A DNA stretch of 64,000 nucleotides. Source: Shigella phage ESh15. The notes beneath the pieces were generated by a model, which worked only from the letters and a program-made list of their open reading frames with translations, had not been told where the DNA came from and did no database searches. The position numbers and the translations under genes were made by a program. The stretch is from sequence record ON528725; one strand, written 5' to 3'. Positions 1 to 11,300 of this stretch are shown here, piece after piece (position 1 is the first letter of the stretch; every line of letters begins with the position of its first letter).

Positions 1-698
1 CCAATTTGATTAGGCCATGCGCCTGGACTTGTTGCACCAGATTCTTTAAGCAAATCCGCCAATCGTTTTAAAAGGTCTTCACGATCTGAATCTGAATTAT
101 TCTTAGGCAGAACCAAACGAGATTCAATATCATCCCATGTGTGTACACGTTGTGCAGTACGAGGAATATCATCACGTTCACCACGGGCCAACCAATAAAT
201 CGGTACATTAAGAATTTCCGCCGCATGGTCACAGTGATGAGCTAAATCGTCAACATAACAAATCACGTTATATTTTGTTTTAGCTAGTTCGAATAATTGT
301 TCTTTTGAAGAATCATGACCACACATCATTACTTCAGAGAAAGCGCCTGGGAACAAAGCATTCAAATTAAATTGTCTATTCAATCGGGCATCAATTGAAT
401 CACCTAGCGCCGTCACGGCTACAAAATTATAGTCTTCTTTTAGTTTATTGATAACTCGAAGAGCATCCGAATAAGGCGCTAAGTAACGAATAAAATCAGA
501 GCGATTATATTTTTCTATTAATTGTTTACCAAGGTTATCGTCAGTATTGAACAGTTTACCAGGAGAAATAAATTTTTCGTCCTGAATCATTTTTAAAATA
601 TGTTCTAATGGAAGATTATATTTTTGGGCAAAATAAGGAAGTCCAGATTGCCAGCTTAAACATACACCATCAATATCAGTCAAAATAGTAGGCTTCAT
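1..698 (-). CDS. HAD-superfamily hydrolase-like protein (3' end runs off window)
   Basis: ATG at 698 overlaps upstream stop (ATGA); N-terminal ILTDIDGV fits HAD motif I (DxDGx); open frame continues to position 1. Confidence 0.45.
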   Translation of the reverse strand, partial: MKPTILTDIDGVCLSWQSGLPYFAQKYNLPLEHILKMIQDEKFISPGKLFNTDDNLGKQLIEKYNRSDFIRYLAPYSDALRVINKLKEDYNFVAVTALGDSIDARLNRQFNLNALFPGAFSEVMMCGHDSSKEQLFELAKTKYNVICYVDDLAHHCDHAAEILNVPIYWLARGERDDIPRTAQRVHTWDDIESRLVLPKNNSDSDREDLLKRLADLLKESGATSPGAWPNQI

Positions 699-1162
699 AA
701 AGAGTCTCTTAATAGGTTTAACACATCAATAAATTCAGCTTCGGTTAGTATTGTATCATCTTTTGTTAGGTGGCTAGCCATGCTGTGCTTCAAAATTTTT
801 CCTTTAGAGGCTTGTAAGGCATCACGAAACCCCTTATTTTGGATCGCGGCTTCAAAATATGCATTTGTGTATAATTCTTTCCACGCTTCAGAGTATCTTG
901 AAAATGGAACTCCTAACCAGAAGAGAGTTCCACGGTCCTGAGCTCTTGCATAAGACCTTCCAGCTTGCTGTGCAGCCAATCCAGACAACCCAAATATACG
1001 TCTTTGTTGTTCAACATTTTTCACCTTACATCCTTGGAGAAATCCTTCAAGACCTCCGAATTGAATACCATCCATAACAAAAGGCCATTGAGCAAAGTTA
1101 CTTAATGCACATGACGGCCACTTGAAATTACTTCTTATTTCTAATTCAGACATCTTTAACAC
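695..1162 (-). CDS. NADAR (YbiA-like) domain protein
   Basis: 155 aa; ALSNFAQWPFVMDGIQF..GFLQGCKV resembles the NADAR N-terminal signature (FSNF..WP..DG..E.YFQA.K); coupled to downstream HAD-like gene. Confidence 0.45.
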   Translation of the reverse strand: MLKMSELEIRSNFKWPSCALSNFAQWPFVMDGIQFGGLEGFLQGCKVKNVEQQRRIFGLSGLAAQQAGRSYARAQDRGTLFWLGVPFSRYSEAWKELYTNAYFEAAIQNKGFRDALQASKGKILKHSMASHLTKDDTILTEAEFIDVLNLLRDSL

Positions 1163-1358
1163 TTATAATTTCAACATCAGCCCAATGACCGTAACTAGGC
1201 AGACGGTCTTCAATAGATAAACCACCGTCATTTTTAAGCATTTTAATTGTCTTGATAAACGGTTCATCCTGTGGATGAATAGGCGAGCAGTCAGTTACAC
1301 GATAAGTAACTTCAATCATTTCCGTACCAAACAATTTCTGGATTAATTTATTCAACAT
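1146..1358 (-). CDS. hypothetical protein (70 aa)
   Basis: Track ORF in tightly packed minus-strand early array; no recognisable motif. Confidence 0.3.
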   Translation of the reverse strand: MLNKLIQKLFGTEMIEVTYRVTDCSPIHPQDEPFIKTIKMLKNDGGLSIEDRLPSYGHWADVEIISVKDV

Positions 1359-1545
1359 GTTTTAACCCTTTAATAGGAGACAGCTCTTTACCCATACGTA
1401 TGTCAGAAGTCCCATCAACCCATTGAACCGCATACGCTTCATTGATAATACCTGCGCTAGTTTTAAATTCATGGAGAACTTTAAAAATCATCCCAGGGAT
1501 TCCAACACCTTTTAATTGGACTGTTTGTGCTATTAAAAATTTCAT
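1348..1545 (-). CDS. hypothetical protein (65 aa)
   Basis: Track ORF; early promoter-like element (GTTTAC/TATAAT) at 1570-1600 upstream. Confidence 0.3.
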   Translation of the reverse strand: MKFLIAQTVQLKGVGIPGMIFKVLHEFKTSAGIINEAYAVQWVDGTSDIRMGKELSPIKGLKHVE

Positions 1546-1599
1546 ATTTTTCCACTTACTAAAGAAATCATTATACTCTAATCCATCCTTGGATGTAAA

Positions 1600-2217
1600 C
1601 TACTTAACGAAATTAATTTCTACCGGATGAACAACAGGTTGAGCAGTGATATATTGAGTAATTGCTTTCATGACTAGAGCTTCAGAACCAGGATTTTTCT
1701 CAACGAATTCACGTGCTTGGTTATGAGCTTCAAGTTCACTTAGTAAACCGCTTCGTTGGCATCCACGGTCTTGAGTACCCTGTTCAGATAAAAAGACGAC
1801 GATGTATTTTTCGTCATCATCATACGGTTTAGACGGTTGAGCAAATGTTCCTTTACTTCCGAAAGGAGAGTTATGCCGCCACATATCACCGTGAGGAGTT
1901 TCAACCTTCGTGTATTCATGCGGTCCATTTTTCTTAGTTTCTTTCCATGGAACTTCATGGACCTTAGGGTTAGGACATTCAATAAAATGCTCATCTAAAT
2001 CGGTAGAGAATATTAAAGTAAAACAATTACTGAATTTACCAGCACCTGCCTGATAAATTTTACCTTCAGAAGTTCTAATTTCACAAACTGAGCCGGCATC
2101 AGTAACTTCTAAAACTTCAAAAGGCTCGATAAGGTCATATGAGAACATGTTTTTAAGGCGTGGAGTAATATCCCCATTTTTAAAATTCATTTTATAAAAA
2201 GTATTAACTTTAAACAT
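1600..2217 (-). CDS. hypothetical protein (205 aa)
   Basis: Track ORF; RBS GAGGAAA directly upstream of ATG at 2217, preceded by a GGGAGC-UUCG-GCUCCC hairpin. Confidence 0.5.
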   Translation of the reverse strand: MFKVNTFYKMNFKNGDITPRLKNMFSYDLIEPFEVLEVTDAGSVCEIRTSEGKIYQAGAGKFSNCFTLIFSTDLDEHFIECPNPKVHEVPWKETKKNGPHEYTKVETPHGDMWRHNSPFGSKGTFAQPSKPYDDDEKYIVVFLSEQGTQDRGCQRSGLLSELEAHNQAREFVEKNPGSEALVMKAITQYITAQPVVHPVEINFVK

Positions 2218-2252
2218 AATTTCCTCAGTGGGAGCCGAAGCTCCCAGTTAAA

Positions 2253-2618
2253 TTAGATATCAAATTCATTAAGAACTACATCAAAGATTGCTTCGAGATG
2301 TTCAGGTTTAGCTCGGTTGCTCAGGATATGACGAATCCAAGTTTTAACCAGAAGTTTACGATTATCACCATTCCAGCAAGGATGAGTACCTAAATCACGC
2401 TGACGGAAATCATCATCTAATGCAATTTTAAAATTTGAACCTTCCATCGTGATTGAAACCGTGATACCATTTTCAAATCGCATATAAACGTAATTAGGAG
2501 TCATGCACTGTTCGATTTCACAAACTGTACCGTTTTTGTGTTTCCATAAGCAAATAACTTCAGAAGAACCAGCGATACCGTTAGAAACATATTTACGTTC
2601 GAAGTTGATGTAGTTCAT
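2253..2618 (-). CDS. hypothetical protein (121 aa)
   Basis: Track ORF with own early promoter-like element; shares a C..CMTP motif with the next ORF upstream. Confidence 0.45.
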   Translation of the reverse strand: MNYINFERKYVSNGIAGSSEVICLWKHKNGTVCEIEQCMTPNYVYMRFENGITVSITMEGSNFKIALDDDFRQRDLGTHPCWNGDNRKLLVKTWIRHILSNRAKPEHLEAIFDVVLNEFDI

Positions 2619-2659
2619 TTTATTCTCCAGATGTTTAAGTTGTTTGTTGGTACAGGTCT

Positions 2660-2688
2660 ATAATAACATAACCTGTACCAAAGTAAAC
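2660..2688 (-). promoter_or_regulatory. early promoter within a 10-bp inverted repeat (PeSL-like)
   Basis: TGGTACAGGT at 2648-2657 and ACCTGTACCA at 2671-2680 flank the -10; gtaaac at 2683-2688. Confidence 0.45.
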
Positions 2689-2692
2689 TGTT

Positions 2693-3061
2693 TTATGCAA
2701 CTTTAATCCAATTGTCTAAATTTAAAACACCTTTGGCTTTCATTTTTTCGATCAGGTTATCTGCTGTAATGCGTCCATTTTGATACCATGTAACATCTTC
2801 AGAGTAACCAGTTTCTTCGTCAACATATGTTTCTGAACGAATTTTACCGGTAATAATAGTTTTTAATTCGTATGTGTCACCTGTGAAAAAGTTTGCTAAC
2901 ACAATTTTCCAAGAGAAATCATCAGAAGGACCTTCAGGGGTCATACAACTTACGATCTCAAATTGCTCTTTGTATAACATCCACTGGAATTCTTTAATTT
3001 CGATAGCTTTATAACCGTCGTGGTCTTTACATTTGATGTATGAGTTCAGATTGATTTTCAT
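2693..3061 (-). CDS. hypothetical protein (122 aa)
   Basis: Track ORF with own early promoter-like element at 3104-3132; CMTP motif. Confidence 0.45.
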   Translation of the reverse strand: MKINLNSYIKCKDHDGYKAIEIKEFQWMLYKEQFEIVSCMTPEGPSDDFSWKIVLANFFTGDTYELKTIITGKIRSETYVDEETGYSEDVTWYQNGRITADNLIEKMKAKGVLNLDNWIKVA

Positions 3062-3103
3062 TTTGTTCTCCAGTTTGTTTTATTGATTAGGTGGTACAAG
3101 TCT

Positions 3104-3132
3104 ATAGTAACACATCCTACAGGAGAGTAAAC
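3104..3132 (-). promoter_or_regulatory. early promoter (GTTTAC-N17-TACTAT)
   Basis: Plus-strand atagta at 3104-3109 and gtaaac at 3127-3132. Confidence 0.45.
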
Positions 3133-3160
3133 ATCTTTTTAAACTTTTTCTGCCCTAAAC

Positions 3161-3186
3161 GCACAAAAGGGAGACCGAAGTCTCCC
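3161..3186 (-). terminator. intrinsic terminator after the small basic protein gene
   Basis: GGGAGAC-UUCG-GUCUCCC hairpin followed by UUUUGUG. Confidence 0.6.
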
Positions 3187-3191
3187 TAAAA

Positions 3192-3371
3192 TTATGCAAC
3201 AACCTTTCCAAAACGAGAAGCATCATCTCGAAGAACTGCACGTGCTCTGCGCATGATCTTCTCAACTGTTTGATTAATACGAGAGTTCGACCCACGCTTG
3301 TATCCAGCGCGTTTAGAGATACCATCAACTTTCTTTTCAACTGCTTTCTTTGCTTTAGCTTGTTTTGCCAT
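3192..3371 (-). CDS. small basic protein (59 aa, MAKQAKAKKAVEKK...)
   Basis: Hand-translated ORF below the 60-aa track cutoff; Lys/Arg-rich; followed by a hairpin plus U-tract terminator. Confidence 0.3.
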   Translation of the reverse strand: MAKQAKAKKAVEKKVDGISKRAGYKRGSNSRINQTVEKIMRRARAVLRDDASRFGKVVA

Positions 3372-3536
3372 TATAAATTCTCTTTAAATGAAAATGCAGG
3401 ACTTATTGACATTGCCTGCGCAAGCCCTCAAGGGGAACATAGGTTTTTGGATATTTAACGACCAGGATAACCATAAACCCGTCATCATACCAACCACGAC
3501 TTAGACAGATAACCTTTTTCTGACGCGTGATAGCAA

Positions 3537-3785
3537 TTATTTCAAAGTAATAACAAAATGACGAACTGCTTTACGAGCTGCTGAAGCCAAAGGCTTAGCA
3601 TATTTCAGTTCATCTTTTGCTTCCAGTTCAGCAGCCAGAGTAGCCTGAGCAGGATTCAGATGTTTGAAATAACGCAGGATTTCCAGTGCTTCGGCTTCAA
3701 CATCAATTGAAGCGCCGTAGTTTTCGTGACCGTTATTCCATGCGTTGCGTTGCAGTTCAAGAGCGTGTTGTAATTGTTTAATCAT
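3537..3785 (-). CDS. rIII: rIII lysis-inhibition accessory protein
   Basis: 82 aa, same length and strong resemblance to T4 rIII as I recall it; position next to gene 31. Confidence 0.75.
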   Translation of the reverse strand: MIKQLQHALELQRNAWNNGHENYGASIDVEAEALEILRYFKHLNPAQATLAAELEAKDELKYAKPLASAARKAVRHFVITLK

Positions 3786-3901
3786 TTTAAATTCTCAATT
3801 CGAGATAATATTTAGTAGCCACGTTCTTCTGAATTTCACCTTCTTTCGACAAGTCTCTCAGTTGTAGGCTACCGCTTAGAAGAGTGTTCTCTTCATATAG
3901 T

Positions 3902-3909
3902 TATTTATA
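3902..3909 (-). promoter_or_regulatory. late promoter TATAAATA upstream of rIII
   Basis: Exact TATAAATA on the minus strand just after the gene 31 stop. Confidence 0.4.
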
Positions 3910-4242
3910 TCACTTATAAAGACACGGAATAGCTTTATAGTGGCATGTTACGAATTTCTGTTTAATTTCTTTAGGTTGTTTAAGTCCCAAAGCCACAAAT
4001 GGATGTGGAACATTTCGAATTTGTCCAACTGGTAGTGGAGTCAAATCACCGACTTCAACAAAACCTTCAGGAACATCAGGACCTACAGAATGAACTACAC
4101 ATAGTTCAGGAACTTCACCTTGAACACGTTTACCAATCACAAGTCCTGATTCGGTAACTTCTTCATCACCTGCTTGAGCAGGTTCAGAAACCAGAATGAC
4201 ATATTCACCAACAGCACGAATTGGGAGTTGTACTTCAGACAT
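3910..4242 (-). CDS. 31: gp31 co-chaperonin (GroES analogue)
   Basis: 110 aa; [34 protein letters not shown]... near-identical to my recollection of T4 gp31. Confidence 0.9.
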   Translation of the reverse strand: MSEVQLPIRAVGEYVILVSEPAQAGDEEVTESGLVIGKRVQGEVPELCVVHSVGPDVPEGFVEVGDLTPLPVGQIRNVPHPFVALGLKQPKEIKQKFVTCHYKAIPCLYK

Positions 4243-4299
4243 CTTATTTCCTTGTTGTTTGACGATAGATTAATAATACCATACTATTCGTAAAGCATA

Positions 4300-4608
4300 T
4301 TACATAAGAAGCAAACGTTCTACCGGAGTACCATCAACCGAAATTACTTTATCAAGGCGGAAAGAACGCCACTGACCTAACTTGGTATCGAATGCTCGAA
4401 CTGATTCACGAGGTTCATAACGAACTTCTGTTGCCGGATTGTTATTTTCATATTTGACTTCAAGTTCATCGCGCGAAGCAAACATAGTGCGTACCTCACC
4501 GTTAGCCTTTTCAAATACAACACAATGAACGCCTACAGACAGAATAGTTTTAATACGTTCACGAAGAACCATAGTTTCTTGTTCAGTTAAAATCATATTA
4601 TTCACCAC
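4300..4608 (-). CDS. hypothetical protein (102 aa, 31.1 position)
   Basis: Track ORF between cd and 31. Confidence 0.45.
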   Translation of the reverse strand: MVNNMILTEQETMVLRERIKTILSVGVHCVVFEKANGEVRTMFASRDELEVKYENNNPATEVRYEPRESVRAFDTKLGQWRSFRLDKVISVDGTPVERLLLM

Positions 4609-5179
4609 AAAAGTTTCGAATTTGTTCCCAATTCAGAGAACGAAGATTATTACGAGAGTACTGAATTACTTCAATACCAGCTTGTTTAAGAATGTCTGCC
4701 CAATTTTCAGGAGATCGGTCATATAATTCTGCATATACAACCTTTTTAATACCTGACTGCGTAATAGCTTTAGTGCAATCAGGACACGGAGAAAGCGTCG
4801 TATATAACGTAGCACCTTCAATAGAATTACCTTTACGAGCTGCAAACAAAATTGCGTTCAGTTCCGCATGGATTTCGTTATTAGCAGACCATGCACTATG
4901 AGCGGCCCGGTGTTCTTTAGCCAAAACAAAATTATCGGCCCGTCCAAATGCTGTAGTGCCTTCTTTATGTCCAGCAACGATGACCGGACTTGGTTTATTC
5001 TTCAACCAGCCTTGTTCAGTAGCATGGTCACAACAGTTTATACCACCTGAAGGAGAGCCATTATATCCAGTAGAGATAATGCGTCCATCTTTTTCAATGA
5101 CTGCGCCAACTTTCCATGAACAACATTTTGATTCTTGAGAAATCAGATATGCAATCTGAAGGTATGTGCTAGCTTTCAT
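4598..5179 (-). CDS. cd: dCMP deaminase
   Basis: 193 aa; cytidine/dCMP deaminase zinc motifs (HAE...PCxxC) and close match to recalled T4 Cd. Confidence 0.9.
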   Translation of the reverse strand: MKASTYLQIAYLISQESKCCSWKVGAVIEKDGRIISTGYNGSPSGGINCCDHATEQGWLKNKPSPVIVAGHKEGTTAFGRADNFVLAKEHRAAHSAWSANNEIHAELNAILFAARKGNSIEGATLYTTLSPCPDCTKAITQSGIKKVVYAELYDRSPENWADILKQAGIEVIQYSRNNLRSLNWEQIRNFCGE

Positions 5180-6171
5180 TATTGAACCTTATTAATATAA
5201 GTTAACAGCTCTTTAGTTTGTTCCCAACTGATGCACGCATCGGTAATGGAAACGCCATAGGACATATTATCAGAAATTTTTTGATTTCCTTCATGTAGGA
5301 ACGATTCTATCATAATTCCTTTGACCAAATCATTAGCTGCTAAATTTTTACCAATACCAATTTGATTGCTATAATGCCCATCAGCGTTTGCATGGCTACA
5401 GTCAACCATTACATAATGATTCAGACCTACTGCCCTTGCTTTGTTAGAAGCTTCTTGAATATCAGAAGAATGATAGTTTGGGCCATTGGTCCCACCACGC
5501 AATACGATATGCGTATTCTGATTACCTTCAGCTTCAACAATGCCTACAGTACCATCGACGTCCATACCCATATACCGATGAGGCCAGGCGGCACTATACA
5601 TCGCGTCTGTAGCTACTTTAATAGAACCATTGGTTGCGTTCTTAAAGCCTACGCACATCGGTAGACCTGAAGCAATTTCACGATGTGTCTGACTTTCAGT
5701 CGTACGGGCGCCAATAGCAACCCATGAGAAAATACCAGAAAGATACTTAATCGTGAATGGGTCTAATACTTCAGTTGCTAATGGAAGTCCCATACGTAGA
5801 AGTTTACGACACAATGTTCGTGCAACTATAAGACCGTGGTTCATATCAAAACTTCCGTCAAGATATGGATCATTTACAAGACCTTTCCAACCTACGGTAG
5901 TTCGAGGCTTTTCAAAATAAACGCGCATCACTAACAGAACATTAGGAAGACGAGTTTGAAGTTCAGCCAGACGTTTGCCGTATTCAACAGCAGCAATAGG
6001 GTCATGAATTGAACAAGGACCTACAACAATAAGTTTGCGTGGGTCTTCACCGTTCATAATCGAATTAACTTGTTCGCGATGAGAAGCCACTTGTGATGCG
6101 TAAGCTTCCGACAAAGGAATAATCTCAGCCAGTTCTTTTGGAGAAATAAGTTTTCCGACGACAGGTAACAT
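5179..6171 (-). CDS. 3-deoxy-7-phosphoheptulonate (DAHP) synthase, class I (AroG/AroF/AroH-like)
   Basis: 330 aa; VVGPCSIHDP, VMRVYFEKPRTTVGWKGL, IGARTTESQ motifs as in E. coli AroG; RBS AAGGA; stop overlaps cd start. Confidence 0.85.
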   Translation of the reverse strand: MLPVVGKLISPKELAEIIPLSEAYASQVASHREQVNSIMNGEDPRKLIVVGPCSIHDPIAAVEYGKRLAELQTRLPNVLLVMRVYFEKPRTTVGWKGLVNDPYLDGSFDMNHGLIVARTLCRKLLRMGLPLATEVLDPFTIKYLSGIFSWVAIGARTTESQTHREIASGLPMCVGFKNATNGSIKVATDAMYSAAWPHRYMGMDVDGTVGIVEAEGNQNTHIVLRGGTNGPNYHSSDIQEASNKARAVGLNHYVMVDCSHANADGHYSNQIGIGKNLAANDLVKGIMIESFLHEGNQKISDNMSYGVSITDACISWEQTKELLTYINKVQ

Positions 6172-6291
6172 AACAATCCTTAGGAGATATAAACAGATTC
6201 TGATTCAACAATACCTTTAACCGGATTAGACAGGCTAAGTTGGTAGTGCTCAGATTTATGACCATTCTCTATAGTAATGAGATAGCTCTCA

Positions 6292-6528
6292 TTATAGTGT
6301 TCCATATACTCGAGTTGCTTCAACAAGACCATCACTGCCTAATTTAAGATTAGTAATTTGGTCACCATCTTTAGGATTAACGATTATGAGAAAAGAACGT
6401 GGAGATTCTTGAATAACTCGTAATGTTGCATCCTGGAAACGTTCAGACACTTTATTGATGAGTGCTTGAGCAAATTCTTTTACTTTAATCTGAAATTCGT
6501 GTACTGTAATTGGATTTTCACTTAGCAT
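6292..6528 (-). CDS. hypothetical protein (78 aa)
   Basis: Track ORF between DAHP synthase and pseT. Confidence 0.4.
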   Translation of the reverse strand: MLSENPITVHEFQIKVKEFAQALINKVSERFQDATLRVIQESPRSFLIIVNPKDGDQITNLKLGSDGLVEATRVYGTL

Positions 6529-6588
6529 TTCGATTTCCTCATTTGTTGGTAGAGTTATAGTACCACAACTCCACCATGTTGTAAACCA

Positions 6589-6864
6589 TTAAATTGCTTT
6601 GCATTCAATTTTTTGTGTACCGAAATTGATATCACATTGGATAACTAAATCGCCGTCAAGATCAAATACCACTATGACGTGTGCAGACCCAGGGAGAAGA
6701 GTAATAGCAATAGAATCTACTTGGTCTGGGAGCAAAGCATTGAGTACATGAGTTAGTTGAGCATGAACTCTGAGTTCGGCTGCATTATCAAGCACTTCAA
6801 ACATATTATTAGCAATAATCTGACTGAAGACTACCTTTACAATTTCAGAATAAGTTGGGAACAT
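6589..6864 (-). CDS. hypothetical protein (91 aa)
   Basis: Track ORF. Confidence 0.4.
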   Translation of the reverse strand: MFPTYSEIVKVVFSQIIANNMFEVLDNAAELRVHAQLTHVLNALLPDQVDSIAITLLPGSAHVIVVFDLDGDLVIQCDINFGTQKIECKAI

Positions 6865-6871
6865 AATTACC

Positions 6872-7096
6872 TCAGTGCACAGTATTTACTTTAACTCGAA
6901 CAACAAATCGCTCGGTTGGTTCACCTACAGGAACAAACTCTACATGATATTCGCCTTTGTAACGAGTATTCAGATCATTACGAATTCCTGCGAGTTTGTT
7001 GATTAATGTAGGACTCATATTAAGTCCCACTAGTTTACGAAGCATTTTGTATGCTTCATCTTCGATTTCATGATGTTTATCGTACATAGTTTTCAT
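6872..7096 (-). CDS. hypothetical protein (74 aa)
   Basis: Track ORF. Confidence 0.4.
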   Translation of the reverse strand: MKTMYDKHHEIEDEAYKMLRKLVGLNMSPTLINKLAGIRNDLNTRYKGEYHVEFVPVGEPTERFVVRVKVNTVH

Positions 7097-7267
7097 TTAA
7101 CCATTCAATTGCCTGGTCGACGTTATCAAATATACCACCGTCCAAACGTTCTTCATGCTCATAGTCCAGCACATCAATACCGAACTGTCCATTTACTAAA
7201 GGCCAGGCTACAAACAAATATTCTTTATGCTGTTCGACGGCCTCAATCACTTCATATAATCGTTTCA

Positions 7268-7268
<1 letters not shown>
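7077..7268 (-). CDS. hypothetical protein (63 aa)
   Basis: Track ORF directly downstream of pseT. Confidence 0.4.
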
Positions 7269-8354
<1,086 letters not shown>

Positions 8355-8355
<1 letters not shown>

Positions 8356-8654
8356 TATTTTATTCCTAAGAAAGCTTCAAGAATACGAATGTTATGTTCG
8401 CGCCGGTCTTTATTAATTTCAGCAACGTTTTTATTAATTGACGTGCTTCTAACGTTTGAAGAAATAAATTTAATCATATGACTTTTGAGTTGTTGCAAAT
8501 CCAACCCTTTTTCTTTAGCCGCTTTACGAAGAGCTTTACCTGCTTCATCTAGTGCCTTTGCAGCATCTTTGTCATAATTGTCGAGTGACATTCCATGGCA
8601 GATATCAATATACTCATCAGAACGTTTGATGTAATTCTCTAGTAATGTTTTCAT
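8355..8654 (-). CDS. hypothetical protein (99 aa)
   Basis: Track ORF with early promoter-like element at 8683-8712. Confidence 0.4.
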
Positions 8655-8711
8655 TTAGATTTCCTCAATTATCCATAGGAGCATTATACTCTGCTCCCGA
8701 GAGTTTGTAAA

Positions 8712-8936
8712 CTATTTTACTAAAGATTCAATATACTCATGAAGAGCTTTAGTCGCTACTGCCCATTTGTTTTGGTATTCATTTTTCAGATTAGCACGAG
8801 ACTGAACTAACAAGCGGTCATTAGTCGGAGGCAAAGATTCTAATCGTTGAATCTGGCGCCCATAAATCATAGCCGCCATTTCAGATTCATAGATAAGCCC
8901 TTTAATGTATTCATACTGTTCTTTAGTCATTGGCAT
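8712..8936 (-). CDS. hypothetical protein (74 aa)
   Basis: Track ORF. Confidence 0.4.
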   Translation of the reverse strand: MPMTKEQYEYIKGLIYESEMAAMIYGRQIQRLESLPPTNDRLLVQSRANLKNEYQNKWAVATKALHEYIESLVK

Positions 8937-9217
8937 TTTTCCTCTTTTAAACCACTACGATAATAACATAACATAGACTTCTGGTCATGTACATATCTTT
9001 TTACGTCGTTTAACCAGATACGAAATTCTTGAGAGTCTTCAAATGGCATTCCAACCCATGGATTACCATCAATAACCTTTACTTGCCATTTCTGGTTATA
9101 TTCAACAATAGATTCAGGCCATGGCGGATGTAAAGTTTCTTTAGGGCTTAAGGGCACATCCTGGGCACATCCAGCCAAAATGCCAATAGATAATACAACT
9201 GCGGTTAATTTAATCAT
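8927..9217 (-). CDS. outer-membrane lipoprotein, probable o-spanin
   Basis: Signal peptide with lipobox LAGC, paired Cys near C-terminus; follows an N-terminal-TM coiled-coil protein (T4 pseT.2/pseT.3 arrangement). Confidence 0.6.
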   Translation of the reverse strand: MIKLTAVVLSIGILAGCAQDVPLSPKETLHPPWPESIVEYNQKWQVKVIDGNPWVGMPFEDSQEFRIWLNDVKRYVHDQKSMLCYYRSGLKEEKCQ

Positions 9218-9570
9218 TCTGAGAGCTTCCTGAGGTCTTCTGCAAAGGAATCAAAGGACCTGTTGATTTGTTTTTCGACCAATCCTGGCTTACTTGCCAC
9301 CACGTTCTTCTTCTTCGAATCCTGACGGAGCTTTTCATTTTCGGCCTTAAGTTGGTCAACTAAAACACGGTTCTTATAAGTCATTTCTTCGATTGACTGA
9401 TATTGAACTTTGAAGTCGTCTAATACTTTAGCATTGTTTTTAGCAGTCTCTTTAACAGAAGCCAATTCAGTATTCAACGAATCAACTTTGTTGTTTAAGA
9501 CAACTATTGTTACAGTAGAAACTAGAGCAAAAGCTGCTACTATAGCGTAAATCGGATTTACTTTAAGCAT
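9214..9570 (-). CDS. type-II inner-membrane coiled-coil protein, probable i-spanin
   Basis: N-terminal TM (IYAIVAAFALVSTVTIVVL) then charged helical region; stop overlaps lipoprotein start. Confidence 0.6.
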   Translation of the reverse strand: MLKVNPIYAIVAAFALVSTVTIVVLNNKVDSLNTELASVKETAKNNAKVLDDFKVQYQSIEEMTYKNRVLVDQLKAENEKLRQDSKKKNVVASKPGLVEKQINRSFDSFAEDLRKLSE

Positions 9571-10058
9571 GTTTTAATAATCTCAATGATTTCATCTCGG
9601 GACAATCCATTGATAAGAACGGTTTTCAAACCATCACACTGGATTTTGTACGATTCAAACAATACACACAACTCTTCTGCTGTATGATATGGACTTGAGA
9701 TTCCGAGGCGGTTGAATTTGTCGGTAAGAGGGTCACAAATAATGTAGAATTTTATACCTGCGATATGTACGTTGGGTTGACTAATATTAATGAACACATT
9801 AGCATCATATTTAGTCAAATTGTTTTGAAGAAATTCTACCATAGCATTAACTGCTTCTGGCATCGCTTCGCGTTTCTCTTCAGCATATCGGGTTGAATAT
9901 TCCTTTTGCTTTAACTTCTTTTTAGCATTTTTCGCTAGAGTAGTACGAAGGTCCGTAAGATAACCAACTGGACGGCCTTTCTTAAAGACCTGGATTCCAT
10001 CTGTAGAATCACCAAATGCTGCCACAACCATATCGTTAGTAATCAATTGCATATTCAT
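9558..10058 (-). CDS. alc: Alc (host transcription shutoff on cytosine DNA)
   Basis: Start placed at internal ATG 10058 with RBS AGGAGA (166 aa); resembles recalled T4 Alc; position between pseT.x and rnlA. Confidence 0.7.
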   Translation of the reverse strand: MNMQLITNDMVVAAFGDSTDGIQVFKKGRPVGYLTDLRTTLAKNAKKKLKQKEYSTRYAEEKREAMPEAVNAMVEFLQNNLTKYDANVFINISQPNVHIAGIKFYIICDPLTDKFNRLGISSPYHTAEELCVLFESYKIQCDGLKTVLINGLSRDEIIEIIKTCLK

Positions 10059-10088
10059 AATTTTCTCCTCGTGTTGTTGACAAAAGCC

Positions 10089-10118
10089 ATAGTAACACCA
10101 TCCTTGGTGTTTGTAAAC
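10089..10118 (-). promoter_or_regulatory. early promoter upstream of alc with ACACCA-tcc-TTGGTGT palindrome in spacer
   Basis: Plus-strand atagta at 10089-10094 and gtaaac at 10113-10118; predicted start falls upstream of the alc ATG at 10058. Confidence 0.5.
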
Positions 10119-10120
10119 CA

Positions 10121-11254
<1,134 letters not shown>

Positions 11255-11270
11255 TCAGTTAGTTTTTTTT

Positions 11271-11300
11271 AATTGTACCACAATCCTTGTGGTATGTAAA
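11271..11300 (-). promoter_or_regulatory. early promoter upstream of rnlA with TACCACAA-tcc-TTGTGGTA palindrome in spacer
   Basis: Plus-strand attgta at 11271-11276 and gtaaac at 11295-11300. Confidence 0.45.

Noticed and set aside
3155-3340. 61-aa track ORF
   Set aside because: Overlaps the terminator hairpin and has no RBS; the alternative 59-aa basic ORF at 3192-3371 in another frame is more gene-like.
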